From a virus, in the IMG/VR virus record IMGVR_UViG_3300029286_000013: 64,000 nucleotides of DNA. The stretch is one strand, 5' to 3'. The notes beneath the pieces are model-generated. The model did not search any database and was not told where the DNA came from. It saw only the letters and a list, made by a program, of their open reading frames with translations. The position numbers were made by a program, and so were the translations under genes. The number at the start of each line of letters is the position of its first letter. The first letter of the stretch is position 1. Of this stretch, positions 18,315 through 29,600 are shown piece by piece.

Positions 18315-20389
18315 TATTCTATATCTACTGCTGTGTTATAACTGGTGAAGCCATTCTCTTTAACAACTTTCAATACATTAGGTACACGACCTGCTAGTTC
18401 TTCTCTATGTGAAACAAGCCAAATACTTTTCTGTCGTCTACGACTCATATCTTTGAGAATTGCTAGACTGTTCTCAACACCCATCGTGTCAAGACCTGAA
18501 TCAATCAATTCGTCAATGAACAATGTATTGATAGGGCTATACAATGATTCCCATACATCACGGAAAGCAAACGATAAACCAAGAATCAATCTATTGCGTT
18601 CACCACGACTTAAGTTATCAAAGTCAAGTTCACGACCTAACTCTGTAATCTCAACCTGCAAGTCATTCTTAAAGATAACCTGATGTGGTAGACCAATCTT
18701 ATCTAAGTAATGTGTCAATCGTGCGTTTAGATAACTCAAGTTCTGATCAATAATCTTCTTACGAACAAAACTATCTTTGCTAGTTAACAAATCTAACAAG
18801 AACTTTTGATGTTCCATTGTTCTTGTTAATCTATTGATAGCTTCAAAGTCAATAGCTTGTAGTGCTTGTGTTTCCATCTCAACTACTTGTTCACTGTATG
18901 GATCAGTTTCTTGTGACTTGTTATCAATTTGATTAAGAATGTTAGCAACCTCACTTGAATGTTTGATTGCTTCTGCTTCTGTATCGTAGTGAGTGACAGG
19001 TTGAAGTCCTAAGGAATCCTTAGGAGTTAACTCATTTAATTGTTCACTAAAAGGATTAGATTCTTGTTTCTTATCTTCCCATACTTTCTTCAGATTAGAC
19101 ACATCACCACTGTGACGAATAGCTTCTGCTTCTGTTTTGTATGATGGAGTAGGCTTTGTCCCTAAATCAGTAACCAATGACTGATTGATTGACATTTGAC
19201 TTTCAAGTTCAGCCAACTCTGCACGGGCATTCTCAAGTACTGTAGTCTTTTCTAATGTAACTTCTAAATGCTTATTATCATGGAAGTCTTGCCCACAAGC
19301 ATAACACTTATGATCCTCAAGTTCTTTAACTTCCCGAACCAGTTTATCTATTAATTTTTTTTCTTTTGTGATACTTTTGGTTAGGGTATCAATTATTGTT
19401 GCTATTGATTTTTGTTCAGCCTCATCACGTAGCCAATCTTTTAAATCACCCCACGTTTTAAGTTCAGCTTCAATGTCATACTCATTTTTAAGTGAGTAAG
19501 CCTTATGTGCTATTGAAACATCTGTGTCATGTTTTTGTTGCCAAGCAGTTGAACGAGCAACTAACGCATTGTATGTGTCTTGTGCCTCTTTTTGCTTAGT
19601 CCAAACGTTCAAATCTTTATGTGCTTGTAACTCTGCTTCAATGTTAATCTTGCTTAGTTCATCGTACTGTAGTGCAAGACTGGTTAAATCTTCATCATGT
19701 TTCTTCAACCACAATGTTTGTCTGCGCTTCAATGCGTCAATTTGTTCCTTGACACGTTTGTTAGCTTCTTCAATGGCTTTAACACGAAATTCTTCCTGTT
19801 GAATATCATCTTTGCTTTTACGAATCATTTCTTTAATGACTTCAGCCTTCTCAGATAGCAACGTGATACCCATTAGTTGTTCAATGATATCTTTCTGCTC
19901 ATTATTCTTTAATGCTAAGAACGGTTCGCTGTATGTATTCAATACAACAATGTGGCGGAACATGTCGGCTGACATATTGATAACTTTTTCAATTGATGCC
20001 TGCGTTTCTTTGTTCTCACCTTGTTGATCCTCAGTAGCTTTATCTTGGATATCATTCACGTAAAATTTCAGAATGTTTGGCTTACGACCACGCTCTATTT
20101 TATAGTTTGTTCCATTAACATTAAAAGTAAGAGTGACTAGCATACCCTTACCATTTGTACGATTAACTAAATTATCTTTACGAATGTTATTAATGGGTGT
20201 ACCAAACAATGCATAGGATAATCCTTGAATCAATGTAGTTTTACCTGTGCCATTACGAGCACCGTCACCACCTAAGTCTAAATTCTCACCTAGAATAAGT
20301 GTTAAGTCTTTCTTGTCAAAGTCTACTGCTTGTGTTACTGCACCGATAGATAAAAAATTTCGTAATGTAATGTCTTGTAATGTAATCAT
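18314..20389 (-). CDS. gp46: Recombination ATPase, gp46 / SbcC / Rad50-like
   Basis: NGTGKT Walker A, CYAC zinc hook, LSRGE signature, FIDE Walker B, SH. Confidence 0.95.
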   Translation of the reverse strand: MITLQDITLRNFLSIGAVTQAVDFDKKDLTLILGENLDLGGDGARNGTGKTTLIQGLSYALFGTPINNIRKDNLVNRTNGKGMLVTLTFNVNGTNYKIERGRKPNILKFYVNDIQDKATEDQQGENKETQASIEKVINMSADMFRHIVVLNTYSEPFLALKNNEQKDIIEQLMGITLLSEKAEVIKEMIRKSKDDIQQEEFRVKAIEEANKRVKEQIDALKRRQTLWLKKHDEDLTSLALQYDELSKINIEAELQAHKDLNVWTKQKEAQDTYNALVARSTAWQQKHDTDVSIAHKAYSLKNEYDIEAELKTWGDLKDWLRDEAEQKSIATIIDTLTKSITKEKKLIDKLVREVKELEDHKCYACGQDFHDNKHLEVTLEKTTVLENARAELAELESQMSINQSLVTDLGTKPTPSYKTEAEAIRHSGDVSNLKKVWEDKKQESNPFSEQLNELTPKDSLGLQPVTHYDTEAEAIKHSSEVANILNQIDNKSQETDPYSEQVVEMETQALQAIDFEAINRLTRTMEHQKFLLDLLTSKDSFVRKKIIDQNLSYLNARLTHYLDKIGLPHQVIFKNDLQVEITELGRELDFDNLSRGERNRLILGLSFAFRDVWESLYSPINTLFIDELIDSGLDTMGVENSLAILKDMSRRRQKSIWLVSHREELAGRVPNVLKVVKENGFTSYNTAVDIE

Positions 20390-21402
20390 AGATTGTTGTA
20401 AATGTCCAAAAGAATCTTCTTATCAAAATTATTTGATTCAATACTGTTAATTTGGTCAATAATAATTTGGTCTACGGATTCAAACTTAAGTCCGTCCGCC
20501 GTTTGACCATTCTCATTTGTTTCTACCTTCATAGGAATTAGTGCCATCTCTCTTAGTTTATGTTCTGGTATCCATGTCTCACGTAAGAAGTTTGCTTCTT
20601 CATATGAGATTTCAATGTCAAGATGTACTCTAACATAACTATCAATCAATAGCAATCCCTCAGGGTTTTCTAAAATATTACTTAATTTATGAACACGAAA
20701 TACAGGTTGTCTAGGCCAAGTATAAAACTCTGGTTCATTGCCCCATTCTAATATCATCATACCACGTGCATCATCACCTGCATCAGCATAGTTATGTGGG
20801 AAAGCATTACCAATATACCAAATGTTCTTACGTGCTTGACGTTTATGAAAGTGACCACTGAATACTTTTTCAAAGCCAGTCATATGATTTTCATTAATTT
20901 CACCGTGATCGGGCATCTCAACCATTGCGTTCATATAGAATCTGGGCAACTCAAAATGACCAAACATATATTTGCCACTCATCTTTTGTAATTTCTTGTA
21001 ATCATCTTGTACTAGCCAAGGTGCAATAACTACATCTCCTTCTTGGAAGAAGTTGTTGATGATTTTAACATTTGGTAAATGTTTAGCCCACTCAACACTA
21101 TGAATGTCCCTACGGTCACGATAATAAAGATCGTGATTGCCTGGTATAAAATATACAGTATCAAAGTTAGCACTTAGTTTCTCCAATGCTTGTAATCCAA
21201 ATTGTAATGTGTGAATGTTAATACTTGCACGATGATGATTATAATCGCCCAAGAAGAAACAAGTTTCACACCCTTCACTCTTTGCTTTTTTAATGAACCA
21301 ATCTACGAAATCGGAACAGTCTTGGTTGTGTTGTAGGCTGTTTGACTTCAATCCAAAATGAATATCAGTGAACACAGCGGCTTTTTTAAAAAGGTTACTC
21401 AT
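20386..21402 (-). CDS. gp47: Recombination nuclease, gp47 / SbcD / Mre11-like
   Basis: DIHFG, LGD, GNHD, GHFE, SGHFH. Start MSNLFKK at 21402. Confidence 0.95.
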   Translation of the reverse strand: MSNLFKKAAVFTDIHFGLKSNSLQHNQDCSDFVDWFIKKAKSEGCETCFFLGDYNHHRASINIHTLQFGLQALEKLSANFDTVYFIPGNHDLYYRDRRDIHSVEWAKHLPNVKIINNFFQEGDVVIAPWLVQDDYKKLQKMSGKYMFGHFELPRFYMNAMVEMPDHGEINENHMTGFEKVFSGHFHKRQARKNIWYIGNAFPHNYADAGDDARGMMILEWGNEPEFYTWPRQPVFRVHKLSNILENPEGLLLIDSYVRVHLDIEISYEEANFLRETWIPEHKLREMALIPMKVETNENGQTADGLKFESVDQIIIDQINSIESNNFDKKILLDIYNNL

Positions 21403-21408
21403 TTGTCT

Positions 21409-21438
21409 ATTATATAATAAAGCCGTCACATATAGCAA
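21409..21438 (-). promoter_or_regulatory. Sigma70-type promoter of gp47
   Basis: TTGCTA-18 nt-TATAAT, ending 6 nt before the ATG. Confidence 0.6.
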
Positions 21439-21452
21439 CGGCTTTGGTTAAA

Positions 21453-22361
21453 TTATTCTTCGTACACAGTGGATACAGTTCCACCCGAACCCTGTCTACT
21501 CCAACTTGGGTTTAGACCATTGATTTCTAAAATATCATCACGTATGTTTTGATTACGTTTTTCTGTATTCAATACCCTGCAGAAACTATTAGTGATAGCG
21601 GCTGTGTAGTAAGCGAATGGGTTTGCACTTTTAGCTTCATTGAAACGTAGACCAACATAAGTTAATTGTAAGATAGCACTATTACGCATTTCGTCATTGT
21701 ATGTGTATCCACGCCAATTGTATTTCATTGCATATTTTTCACACATCATAATGTACATACGGGCAAGCTTGTTTGTGATTTTGCCGTGGTCTTTATTGAA
21801 ATTGCCTGTTTCCAAATCACCTTCCCAATGACTTTTACCCACACAATAGAATGTATTATTTTCATCAATTTTATAATGTTGGAATGGTGGGAAGTTAACT
21901 TTAACGTGAACCATGTCATCCACTTCAGCTTTGGTTGTATTATCTTCTAAGTCGGCAAAAATCTCATCTGGATTTGGTTCCTCAAACTCAAAGATATCTT
22001 TTGCTGTTTTCTTTTTAACTGTTTTGCGGGGTTGTTTTGGTGCGACCGGAACGTGATCCCAATTCATTACACGAAATACTAAATCTGTAACGGGGATAGA
22101 ATCTGGGCTAACTGCATCCTTACTACCCTGTTCTAAACTTAATCGTAGTGCCCGAGTTTCTTTTGCTTGCTGTATAGTTTCTGGCTTGAAAGCATATTCT
22201 AAACTATCCTCAATACTTGATTGTGGCATATCTACAATAAAATCATAGCGATGATAACTTGGATCTGTAAAGTAGCAGTATGCGTTTTTGCTTTCGTGTA
22301 TTTCTTTTAGAATGTCTTTATTATTTAAATAGTTGACAGGTTTTCTTGATGGTAAGGACAT
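21453..22361 (-). CDS. gp55: Late-transcription sigma factor, gp55-like
   Basis: NYLNNKDIL, WRGYTYNDEM, FNEAKSANPFAYYT..NSF. Adjacent to gp47/gp46 as in T4-like phages. Confidence 0.88.
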   Translation of the reverse strand: MSLPSRKPVNYLNNKDILKEIHESKNAYCYFTDPSYHRYDFIVDMPQSSIEDSLEYAFKPETIQQAKETRALRLSLEQGSKDAVSPDSIPVTDLVFRVMNWDHVPVAPKQPRKTVKKKTAKDIFEFEEPNPDEIFADLEDNTTKAEVDDMVHVKVNFPPFQHYKIDENNTFYCVGKSHWEGDLETGNFNKDHGKITNKLARMYIMMCEKYAMKYNWRGYTYNDEMRNSAILQLTYVGLRFNEAKSANPFAYYTAAITNSFCRVLNTEKRNQNIRDDILEINGLNPSWSRQGSGGTVSTVYEE

Positions 22362-22386
22362 ATTTCTCCGTTATTATGTTGTAATG

Positions 22387-22415
22387 ATTATAGCATTATT
22401 GTTGCTGAAAAGCAA
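22387..22415 (-). promoter_or_regulatory. Sigma70-type promoter of gp55
   Basis: TTGCTT-17 nt-TATAAT. Confidence 0.7.
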
Positions 22416-22450
22416 CGATTTTGTGAGGGAAAGGGTAAAAACAGCACTTT

Positions 22451-22466
22451 TATTTAGCGATAAATA
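22451..22466. promoter_or_regulatory. Back-to-back late promoters; representative of a window-wide motif
   Basis: CTAAATA on minus (22451-57), GATAAATA on plus (22459-66). Same motif or close variants before genes at 1273-, 3379-, 3437+, 4904-, 5743-, 9692-, 10004-, 10022+, 12468-, 15217+, 15232-, 17407-, 29954+, 30449+, 33841+, 53087+, 53870+, 56121+. Resembles T4 late TATAAATA. Confidence 0.85.
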
Positions 22467-22488
22467 TGTGTAAGGATAACAACATATT

Positions 22489-23769
22489 ATGGCATCACAA
22501 GCTCAACTAGACGCTGATATTGCATCAACCCAAGCTGAAATAGCATCATTAGAACTTCAATTAGATGCGGCTTCCGGTTCTCCACAACCTGATCCTGCTG
22601 TAATTGCTGATATAGAAAGACAGTTAGCAACAGCAAGAAATACACTAATTCAGCTTCAGAATGAGTTGAACAACCTATTAGTCGCATCAGATCCTAATAC
22701 AAATATTGGTGAAGAAGCACAAAATCAAGAAATACCTCAAGCCCAACAAACAATAAGTCTTGCCAGTGACCCCAACACAAATATTGGTGAAGAAGGACAA
22801 ACAGTAACATCACCCAACTCTATAACAGAAAACGTATTTGATCCTAGACAAGAGGTTACTGAAAGTGTATTTGATCCTAGACAAGAGGTTACTGAAAGTG
22901 TATTTGATCCAACAGCCGGTGGCAGTGGACAAGGTATATCAACAGCAGTAAACAATACACGTAGTACTGCTACAAAACAAGATACAGCTAATTTTCAACA
23001 GAAACCAGATTGGCGAGCAAGATTAAGTCTAGCACCAAATTCAAATTATTTGTATAATGTGCCAAAAGGACAAGCGGGAATATTAGCACCACTACAAGCA
23101 ACAGACGGGGTAATCTTTCCATATACACCTGGCATATCAGTAACATATAGTGCAGGTTATGATCCAAGTGATTTAGTTCATAGCAACTATAAAGTTTATC
23201 AGTATAAGGGTAGTAGTGTAGATACCGTTTCAATCACGGCTGATTTTACAGCACAAGATACAACAGAAGCAAACTACTTATTAGCTGTAATACATTTTTT
23301 CCGTAGTGTAACTAAGATGTTCTATGGTCAGGATCAGAACCCCAATAATGGTGTACCTCCCCCGTTATGTTATTTGAGTGGCTTTGGTGCTTACACGTTT
23401 GATGCTCATCCATTAGTTGTTACTAATTTTACATATAATACTCCAACTGAAGTAGATTATATACGTGCAGGTAGTCAGACAAATCAACCCGGAGTAAATG
23501 TAGCACAACAAAATACAATAGTAAATACTTTTGTTGCAAGTGTATTTAGAAGGGCAAATAATGGATTGAATCCAAGGCCACCAAACTTTTCAACACAAAA
23601 TTCACTAATTAACTCTGAAGCAACCTATGTACCTACAAAATTACAATTACAAATCACTTGTATTCCGATCGTTACTAGAAATGATATCAGTAACAAGTTC
23701 AGTCTCAAAGAATACGCTACCGGTCAATTGTTACGCGGAAGCAAACGATCAGGTGGAGGTATCTGGTAA
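22489..23769 (+). CDS. Baseplate / tail-tube initiator-like protein with low-complexity N-terminal extension
   Basis: GVIFPYTP, HSNY, ADFTAQ, HFFRSVTKMFYG, GVPPPL; first gene of the baseplate block. Confidence 0.6.
   Translation: MASQAQLDADIASTQAEIASLELQLDAASGSPQPDPAVIADIERQLATARNTLIQLQNELNNLLVASDPNTNIGEEAQNQEIPQAQQTISLASDPNTNIGEEGQTVTSPNSITENVFDPRQEVTESVFDPRQEVTESVFDPTAGGSGQGISTAVNNTRSTATKQDTANFQQKPDWRARLSLAPNSNYLYNVPKGQAGILAPLQATDGVIFPYTPGISVTYSAGYDPSDLVHSNYKVYQYKGSSVDTVSITADFTAQDTTEANYLLAVIHFFRSVTKMFYGQDQNPNNGVPPPLCYLSGFGAYTFDAHPLVVTNFTYNTPTEVDYIRAGSQTNQPGVNVAQQNTIVNTFVASVFRRANNGLNPRPPNFSTQNSLINSEATYVPTKLQLQITCIPIVTRNDISNKFSLKEYATGQLLRGSKRSGGGIW
22834..22910 (+). repeat. Perfect 33-bp tandem repeat, ~2.3 copies (VFDPRQEVTES)
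   Basis: GTATTTGATCC unit starts at 22834, 22867 and 22900. Confidence 0.95.
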
Positions 23770-24080
23770 TGCCTAGTAATAGTTTATATCCTGCATCAAG
23801 TCCGTATTACGCTACCGGTGTAGTGAATGGTAGATTTTTAGATACACTAGTTGATAGACCTATACCTAAATTAGGTAGTGATAGATATTGGGAAATAACA
23901 ACAACCTATAATTTACGTCCGGATATGTTAGCATATGACTTATATGCTAATCCTAAGTTATGGTGGGTCTTTGCTAGCAGAAACCCTAATGCATTATCAG
24001 ATCCGTTTTTTGATTTTACTACCGGCACTAGCATCTATTTACCAGAAGCGTCAACACTAAAACAAGTATTAGGTATATAA
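23769..24080 (+). CDS. gp53: Baseplate wedge protein, gp53-like
   Basis: RPDMLAYDLY..PKLWWVF..N..DP..G..IYLP. Confidence 0.8.
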   Translation: MPSNSLYPASSPYYATGVVNGRFLDTLVDRPIPKLGSDRYWEITTTYNLRPDMLAYDLYANPKLWWVFASRNPNALSDPFFDFTTGTSIYLPEASTLKQVLGI

Positions 24081-24081
24081 T

Positions 24082-26697
24082 ATGGCAACTAATAATTTAG
24101 GTGGTACTCCGTCAGACGGTGATATAACTTATGATATTGATTATGCCGCTAGAGTTGCCGCAATGGAAAGCAATGCTACTGCAACTGGTAGTAATGAGAT
24201 GGAAACTCTTAATGAAAGTTTTGCAGGTCAAACTCAAGCCGGCCAAGCTCAAAAGCCTGCAGGAAATAGTGTAGTAGATAAAGGGGTAGGCAAGTCACCT
24301 AAACCTGGTAGCAGATTACAAAACCCCTTAGGAAATTTTAGTAGTTACACATATCAATTAAGTTTGTATATGATTACCCCCGATGCATATGATGCTTTTC
24401 AATTATCAGGTAGAAAAAATATTAATGCACTAAGTCAGACTGATGCTAGTGGTCAATCAACGAACGGTGGTGCATTCTTAATTGCACAATCTGGTGGCAT
24501 CAATAACAAAACAAGTAAACGAGCACCTGGATTTGAATTGGATTATTATATAGACGATTTAAAAATTAAATCAGCTATCAATGGAAAAAATACTCAAACT
24601 GCATCTAATGTTACTGGACTTACATTTAACATTTATGAACCGTATGGCTTTTCGTTTATCACTAAACTAAAAAGAGCAAGTGATGCATTAAGAAAAAATA
24701 GTAAATTAAAAAACTACGATAAATCGGCTAACGCAAGCAGACAGTTTTTTGTTTTAGGTATACGTTTTCAAGGTTATGACAAAAATGGAAACATTGCAAA
24801 TGCAAGTGAAGTATTTGCTAGTGATACACTTAATACTAGTCCTGATGCTAGTGGTGTATATGAAAGATTTTATGACATTGTTATAACTGCAATGAAGTTT
24901 AAAATTAATGGTGGTGCTACAACTTATAATATAACAGCTAACGTTATAGCTACTAACGTAGGAATGGGTATTGCTAGAGGAACAGCAGATAATAAAGTAC
25001 CAATTGTTGCTGGAACGGTTAAAGAAGCATTAGATGGTGAAGGTGATGGTATTACTAGTTTACTAAAAACATTAAATGAAAATCAACAAACACTAAAAAC
25101 ACAAGGTTCAGTTGAAATACCAAATGTGTATAAAGTTAGATTTATAGGTGATACTAGTCTTATACAAAATGCAAGTCTTGTTAGCAAAGCAGATCCTGAT
25201 AGAAAAAAACAACCAATGAGTAGGGCAGATAACTCAAATGAAGTAACTGAAGGGACAAGCGTTAAATCGGTACCTGACACTACTAAAAGATTAATTCAAA
25301 TTGATAAAGGTACACCTATTCCTCAAGCTATTAATAATATTATTAAGCAAAGTTCATATATGGAAGATGCGCTTAAAGTTATATTTGTTGCTAGTGAAGA
25401 ACCTGACCCTGACACGAACAGTCCAGAAGTTGTTACAAAAAAAGATATACCTCCTGTTAAATGGTATAATTTAAGCACTGAAGTTAAAGCATTAGGTTTT
25501 GATACTAAAGTAGGTGATTTTGCATATGAAATTACATATGTAATACAACCATATGAAACTCCGGCTGCATCCTCACCATACACAAAATCTAGTAAGTATT
25601 ATGGTCCGCACAAACGATATGAATATTGGTTTACTGGCAAGAACAGTGAAGTTATATCATATGAACAGACTATGGATAATACATTTATGAATGTGGCACT
25701 AACACCTAATGGCGATCCAGCAAGTCAAGGCGGAGGGGCAAACATACCTACATTTCCTAATAAAAAACAAAACCAAGATACACAGGGAAGACAAGATGTG
25801 GGTATGGAAGCACAAAACGCATATATGACTAGTCTGTTTGATCCAGGTTCATATACTAAAGCCAAAGTTACTATATTAGGTGATCCTGATTATCTGGTGC
25901 AAGAAACACCGGCAAGTGTTAATCAAGTTTATAATCAGTTTTACGGTAGTGATGGGTTTACTATTAATCCTAACGGTGGACAAGTTTTTATTGAGATAGA
26001 TTTTAAAGAAGCAGTGGATTACACAAATAGTGACGGTTTATTAAACATCAACGAATCTATATACTTTTGGAACTATCCTGCCGCAGTAGCTAATAAGGTT
26101 AAGGGTGTTAGCTTTATGGTTCTTGATATAGAACATAATTTTAGAGGTGGCAAGTTTGAGCAAGTATTAAATTGTACCATCAATGATTTCCCGGGCGTAG
26201 TAGGAACACCGGCGGCGGCACTTGGTGGAAGAGCAAATGTAACAGATGCTACAGCCGCAAGAACGGGCGTAGCATTAACTACTGAAACTGCTGCCAATGC
26301 AAGGGCAACATTTGCGGCAAATGATCCTAGAAGAATTGATTTATCAAGTTCAGATGTACGCACTAGCACAAGCGAAGGAGGAAATGGATCAACACCAAGT
26401 AGTGGAAGTAGCACATCGGCATCAACTGGGTTTACGCAAGATGACGCAACTGGTGTAGCTGAGGCAGTCGCTGTTCAAGCGGCAATTCAACAGCCAGAAA
26501 ATTTATCATATGACTATGCCGATACTCCAACTACAACTACAACAGAAAGCACAAATCAAGGTGTAGCAAATGACGATAGCGTTCAAAATGCAGGTCAAAC
26601 ACAATCCGGTATTGCTAATTCTCAAAGTCCGGATGCAGGTAGAGAAACAGAAAACACAACATTACTTACTGGTGCAAGACCGGGTGAAGGCGCATAA
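24082..26697 (+). CDS. Baseplate hub protein, gp27-like
   Basis: Between gp53 and gp5. ILGDP, IEHNFRGGKFEQVL. Low-complexity tails. Confidence 0.6.
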   Translation: MATNNLGGTPSDGDITYDIDYAARVAAMESNATATGSNEMETLNESFAGQTQAGQAQKPAGNSVVDKGVGKSPKPGSRLQNPLGNFSSYTYQLSLYMITPDAYDAFQLSGRKNINALSQTDASGQSTNGGAFLIAQSGGINNKTSKRAPGFELDYYIDDLKIKSAINGKNTQTASNVTGLTFNIYEPYGFSFITKLKRASDALRKNSKLKNYDKSANASRQFFVLGIRFQGYDKNGNIANASEVFASDTLNTSPDASGVYERFYDIVITAMKFKINGGATTYNITANVIATNVGMGIARGTADNKVPIVAGTVKEALDGEGDGITSLLKTLNENQQTLKTQGSVEIPNVYKVRFIGDTSLIQNASLVSKADPDRKKQPMSRADNSNEVTEGTSVKSVPDTTKRLIQIDKGTPIPQAINNIIKQSSYMEDALKVIFVASEEPDPDTNSPEVVTKKDIPPVKWYNLSTEVKALGFDTKVGDFAYEITYVIQPYETPAASSPYTKSSKYYGPHKRYEYWFTGKNSEVISYEQTMDNTFMNVALTPNGDPASQGGGANIPTFPNKKQNQDTQGRQDVGMEAQNAYMTSLFDPGSYTKAKVTILGDPDYLVQETPASVNQVYNQFYGSDGFTINPNGGQVFIEIDFKEAVDYTNSDGLLNINESIYFWNYPAAVANKVKGVSFMVLDIEHNFRGGKFEQVLNCTINDFPGVVGTPAAALGGRANVTDATAARTGVALTTETAANARATFAANDPRRIDLSSSDVRTSTSEGGNGSTPSSGSSTSASTGFTQDDATGVAEAVAVQAAIQQPENLSYDYADTPTTTTTESTNQGVANDDSVQNAGQTQSGIANSQSPDAGRETENTTLLTGARPGEGA

Positions 26698-29600
26698 TGG
26701 CAAATAATATCTTTAAACCCAAAGGCGCAACAAGCGCAAATAAACTAGGTGCAGGTGGTGCAGTAGTTAGTCCTGTACCTGTATTTGGAATAGTAAAAGA
26801 TAACATCGACCCTATACGTTCGGGTAGATTACGTGTATACCTAAGTGATATGGGCGGTACAGATCCAGATGATGCCAATAGTTGGGTAACCGTCAACTAT
26901 ATGACTTCATTCTATGGCTTGACTGAGGGTACAGGTGACAAGACAGGGTATGGCACATATTTGCAAAATCCAATTAGTTATGGTGTGTGGAATAGTCCAC
27001 CGGATATAGGCACAACTGTTATATGTATTTTTATTAATGGTGATCCTAACTATGGTTATTGGATTGGTTGTGTACCTGAGCCAGAAGCATTATACATGGT
27101 GCCAGCTAACGGATCAACTGAAACTGCTGTATTAAATCCTAGTGAAGCAAATAGTTACGGTGGTGCAAAGAAACTTCCAGTAACTAATATCAATACTAAT
27201 AACGATGCAATCAATAATAGTCCTGCTTTTTATAATGAACCTAAACCAGTTAACAGTTATCTTGCAGGCGTATTAAATCAACAAGGTCTAATAAGAGATA
27301 CAATACGTGGTACTATAGGAACCAGTAGTCAACGTGAAAGTCCTAGTCGTGTTGGTTGGGGAGTTAATACACCAGGTAGACCTATATATGAAGGTGGATT
27401 TACAGATGAAACGATTGCAGATGCCGCAACTGGAACAGGACAACAAAGTAGTTTAAAAATAACTTCACGTAGAGTTGGTCACAGTATTGTAATGGATGAT
27501 GGTGATCTATTAGGTAGAGACCAATTAGTAAGATTACGTAGTAGCTTAGGTCATCAGATATTAATGAGTGATGACGGACAATGTTTGTTCATTATTCACG
27601 CTAACGGACAAAGTTGGATAGAGTTAGGTAAAGAAGGTACAATTGATATGTACGCTACTAACTCAGTTAACATACGAACACAGGGTGATTTAAATCTACA
27701 CGCTGATAACAATATTAATATAAATGCTAAAAAAGATTTAAAAATCTCAGCAGAGAATATTAATATTGAGACTGACAAAAAGATGGAAATCAAAGCGGGC
27801 ACAGATTTCTCAACTTATACATTAGGTAAATACACATTAAAAACTGATTACCAAATGAGTTTTAAATCAGGTGGTGAAGCAAGTTTTGCAAGTCAGAATA
27901 CAACATATATCAATGGTAGTAAGATTAACTTGAACACAGGTTCATCAGGTACAGTTCCTCAGGTAGTCAAACCACTAACTAGAGTGGCACACACTGATAC
28001 ACTATACGATGCTACAAAAGGTTGGGCGGCAGCACCGGGAGCATTAGTAAGCATTGTAAGTAGAGCACCTGCACATAGTCCTTGGGCTAGTGCAAATCAA
28101 GGTGTTGATGTAAAAGTAGATAACAATGCTAGTGCAAACTTCCCAAGCGCACCCTCAGCGGCTGTTGCAGCCACTAATGCTTCTGTACCAAGTACACCTA
28201 GTGCACCGGTTGCACCTAGTGTAGCATCAACTGTTCCAGTGACTGGGGCAATCAGTAAAGCACTAGATACAAATACTACAACCGGTATGGTTGGTGCTGT
28301 TGCAACAGCGGCACAGACTGGAAAAGCCGCTGCCGCAGTTAAACTAGGAGCAGGAGTGGTAGACGGTACTGCTGTAATAGGTAAAATGGCACAATCTACG
28401 CAACAACTTGAAGCGGCTGGTGTAATTAAACCTGGATCAGCCACATTAGTAAATGCATTAATTAGTTCAGGTAAAACAATTGAACAGGCGATGCCTTCGG
28501 CTATTTTTACAGGAAAGCCGGGAGCAGAAAACATCGCAACTTATATTAATAATCCTACAGCACAGGTTCAAACACAAGTTAGTAACTTCCAACAAGCACA
28601 AACACAACTTACACAAGCAGGCGTTATAACAGGCAAAGAAGCATCTGGTCAAATTGCCGGACTAGTTACTGCTACTGCCAGTGTTGGTTTAGCTAGTACT
28701 GTTAATTATTTAAAAACAGCATCAGGTGCATTAGGTGTCGGCGGAGTTTCTGGAATAGTGGGTAAGGCAGGTGGAGCAGTCAACACAATGTTAGGTAGTG
28801 TAACTGGTGCAATATCTTCTGGTAATTTTGCAGCCAACTTAACTTCAGTTGTAACAGGTGGATTAGGTTCTATTGCAACATCATTAGGTGGTTTAACAAA
28901 ACTAGGTGGCGGACTAAGTGGGTTATTAGATAGTGCTAAAGGTGTTGCTGGTAGTGCGTTTGCCGCAATTACTAAAGGATTTCCAACTCTCAAGGCAGGC
29001 GTTCCGCAAAACTTAAAACAAATTGCTGATAAGGCTACAGCAGATGTACAAGCGTCTGGTACAGAAGCTAGCGATGTTGCAGGAGTACTAAAATCTGCGG
29101 CTGCAAACTCAGGAATAGATGCCGCAAGTATTGCCTCAGGAGCAGCCTCATCAGCTACTAATGGACTAGCAAGTGTTACAACAGCAGTTACTACTGGTTT
29201 AGGAGCTTCTACTAATTTAGCATCAGCCGCAGAAAATGCAGTAAATGCGGCTAAAGCAACATTACCAGCAAGTGCATCGACTGGACTAAGTGGATTACCG
29301 GGAGCACAAAGTGCTGTATCAAATATTATAGATAATGCTAAAGGTGCGGTAAATCTAATACCTGGAACTGCTGGAATAACAGCCGCTTTGGGACAAGTTA
29401 ATGCGGCTGTAAATATAGGCTCATTACCAGGTGGTGCAAGTAGTTTAATCAATCAACTAAAATTACCCGGCGCATCATTACAAGCATTAGCGAGTATTGG
29501 ACTAAGTCCTGCATTGGCTGCTAAATTGAATAGTTCAATAGCATCATTAAGTTCGGGTGGGTCAGTGCCAATAACATTACCAAATATAGGTACTAGAACT

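Noticed and set aside
22834-22910. CRISPR array
   Set aside because: Repeats are contiguous with no spacers and are in frame within a CDS.
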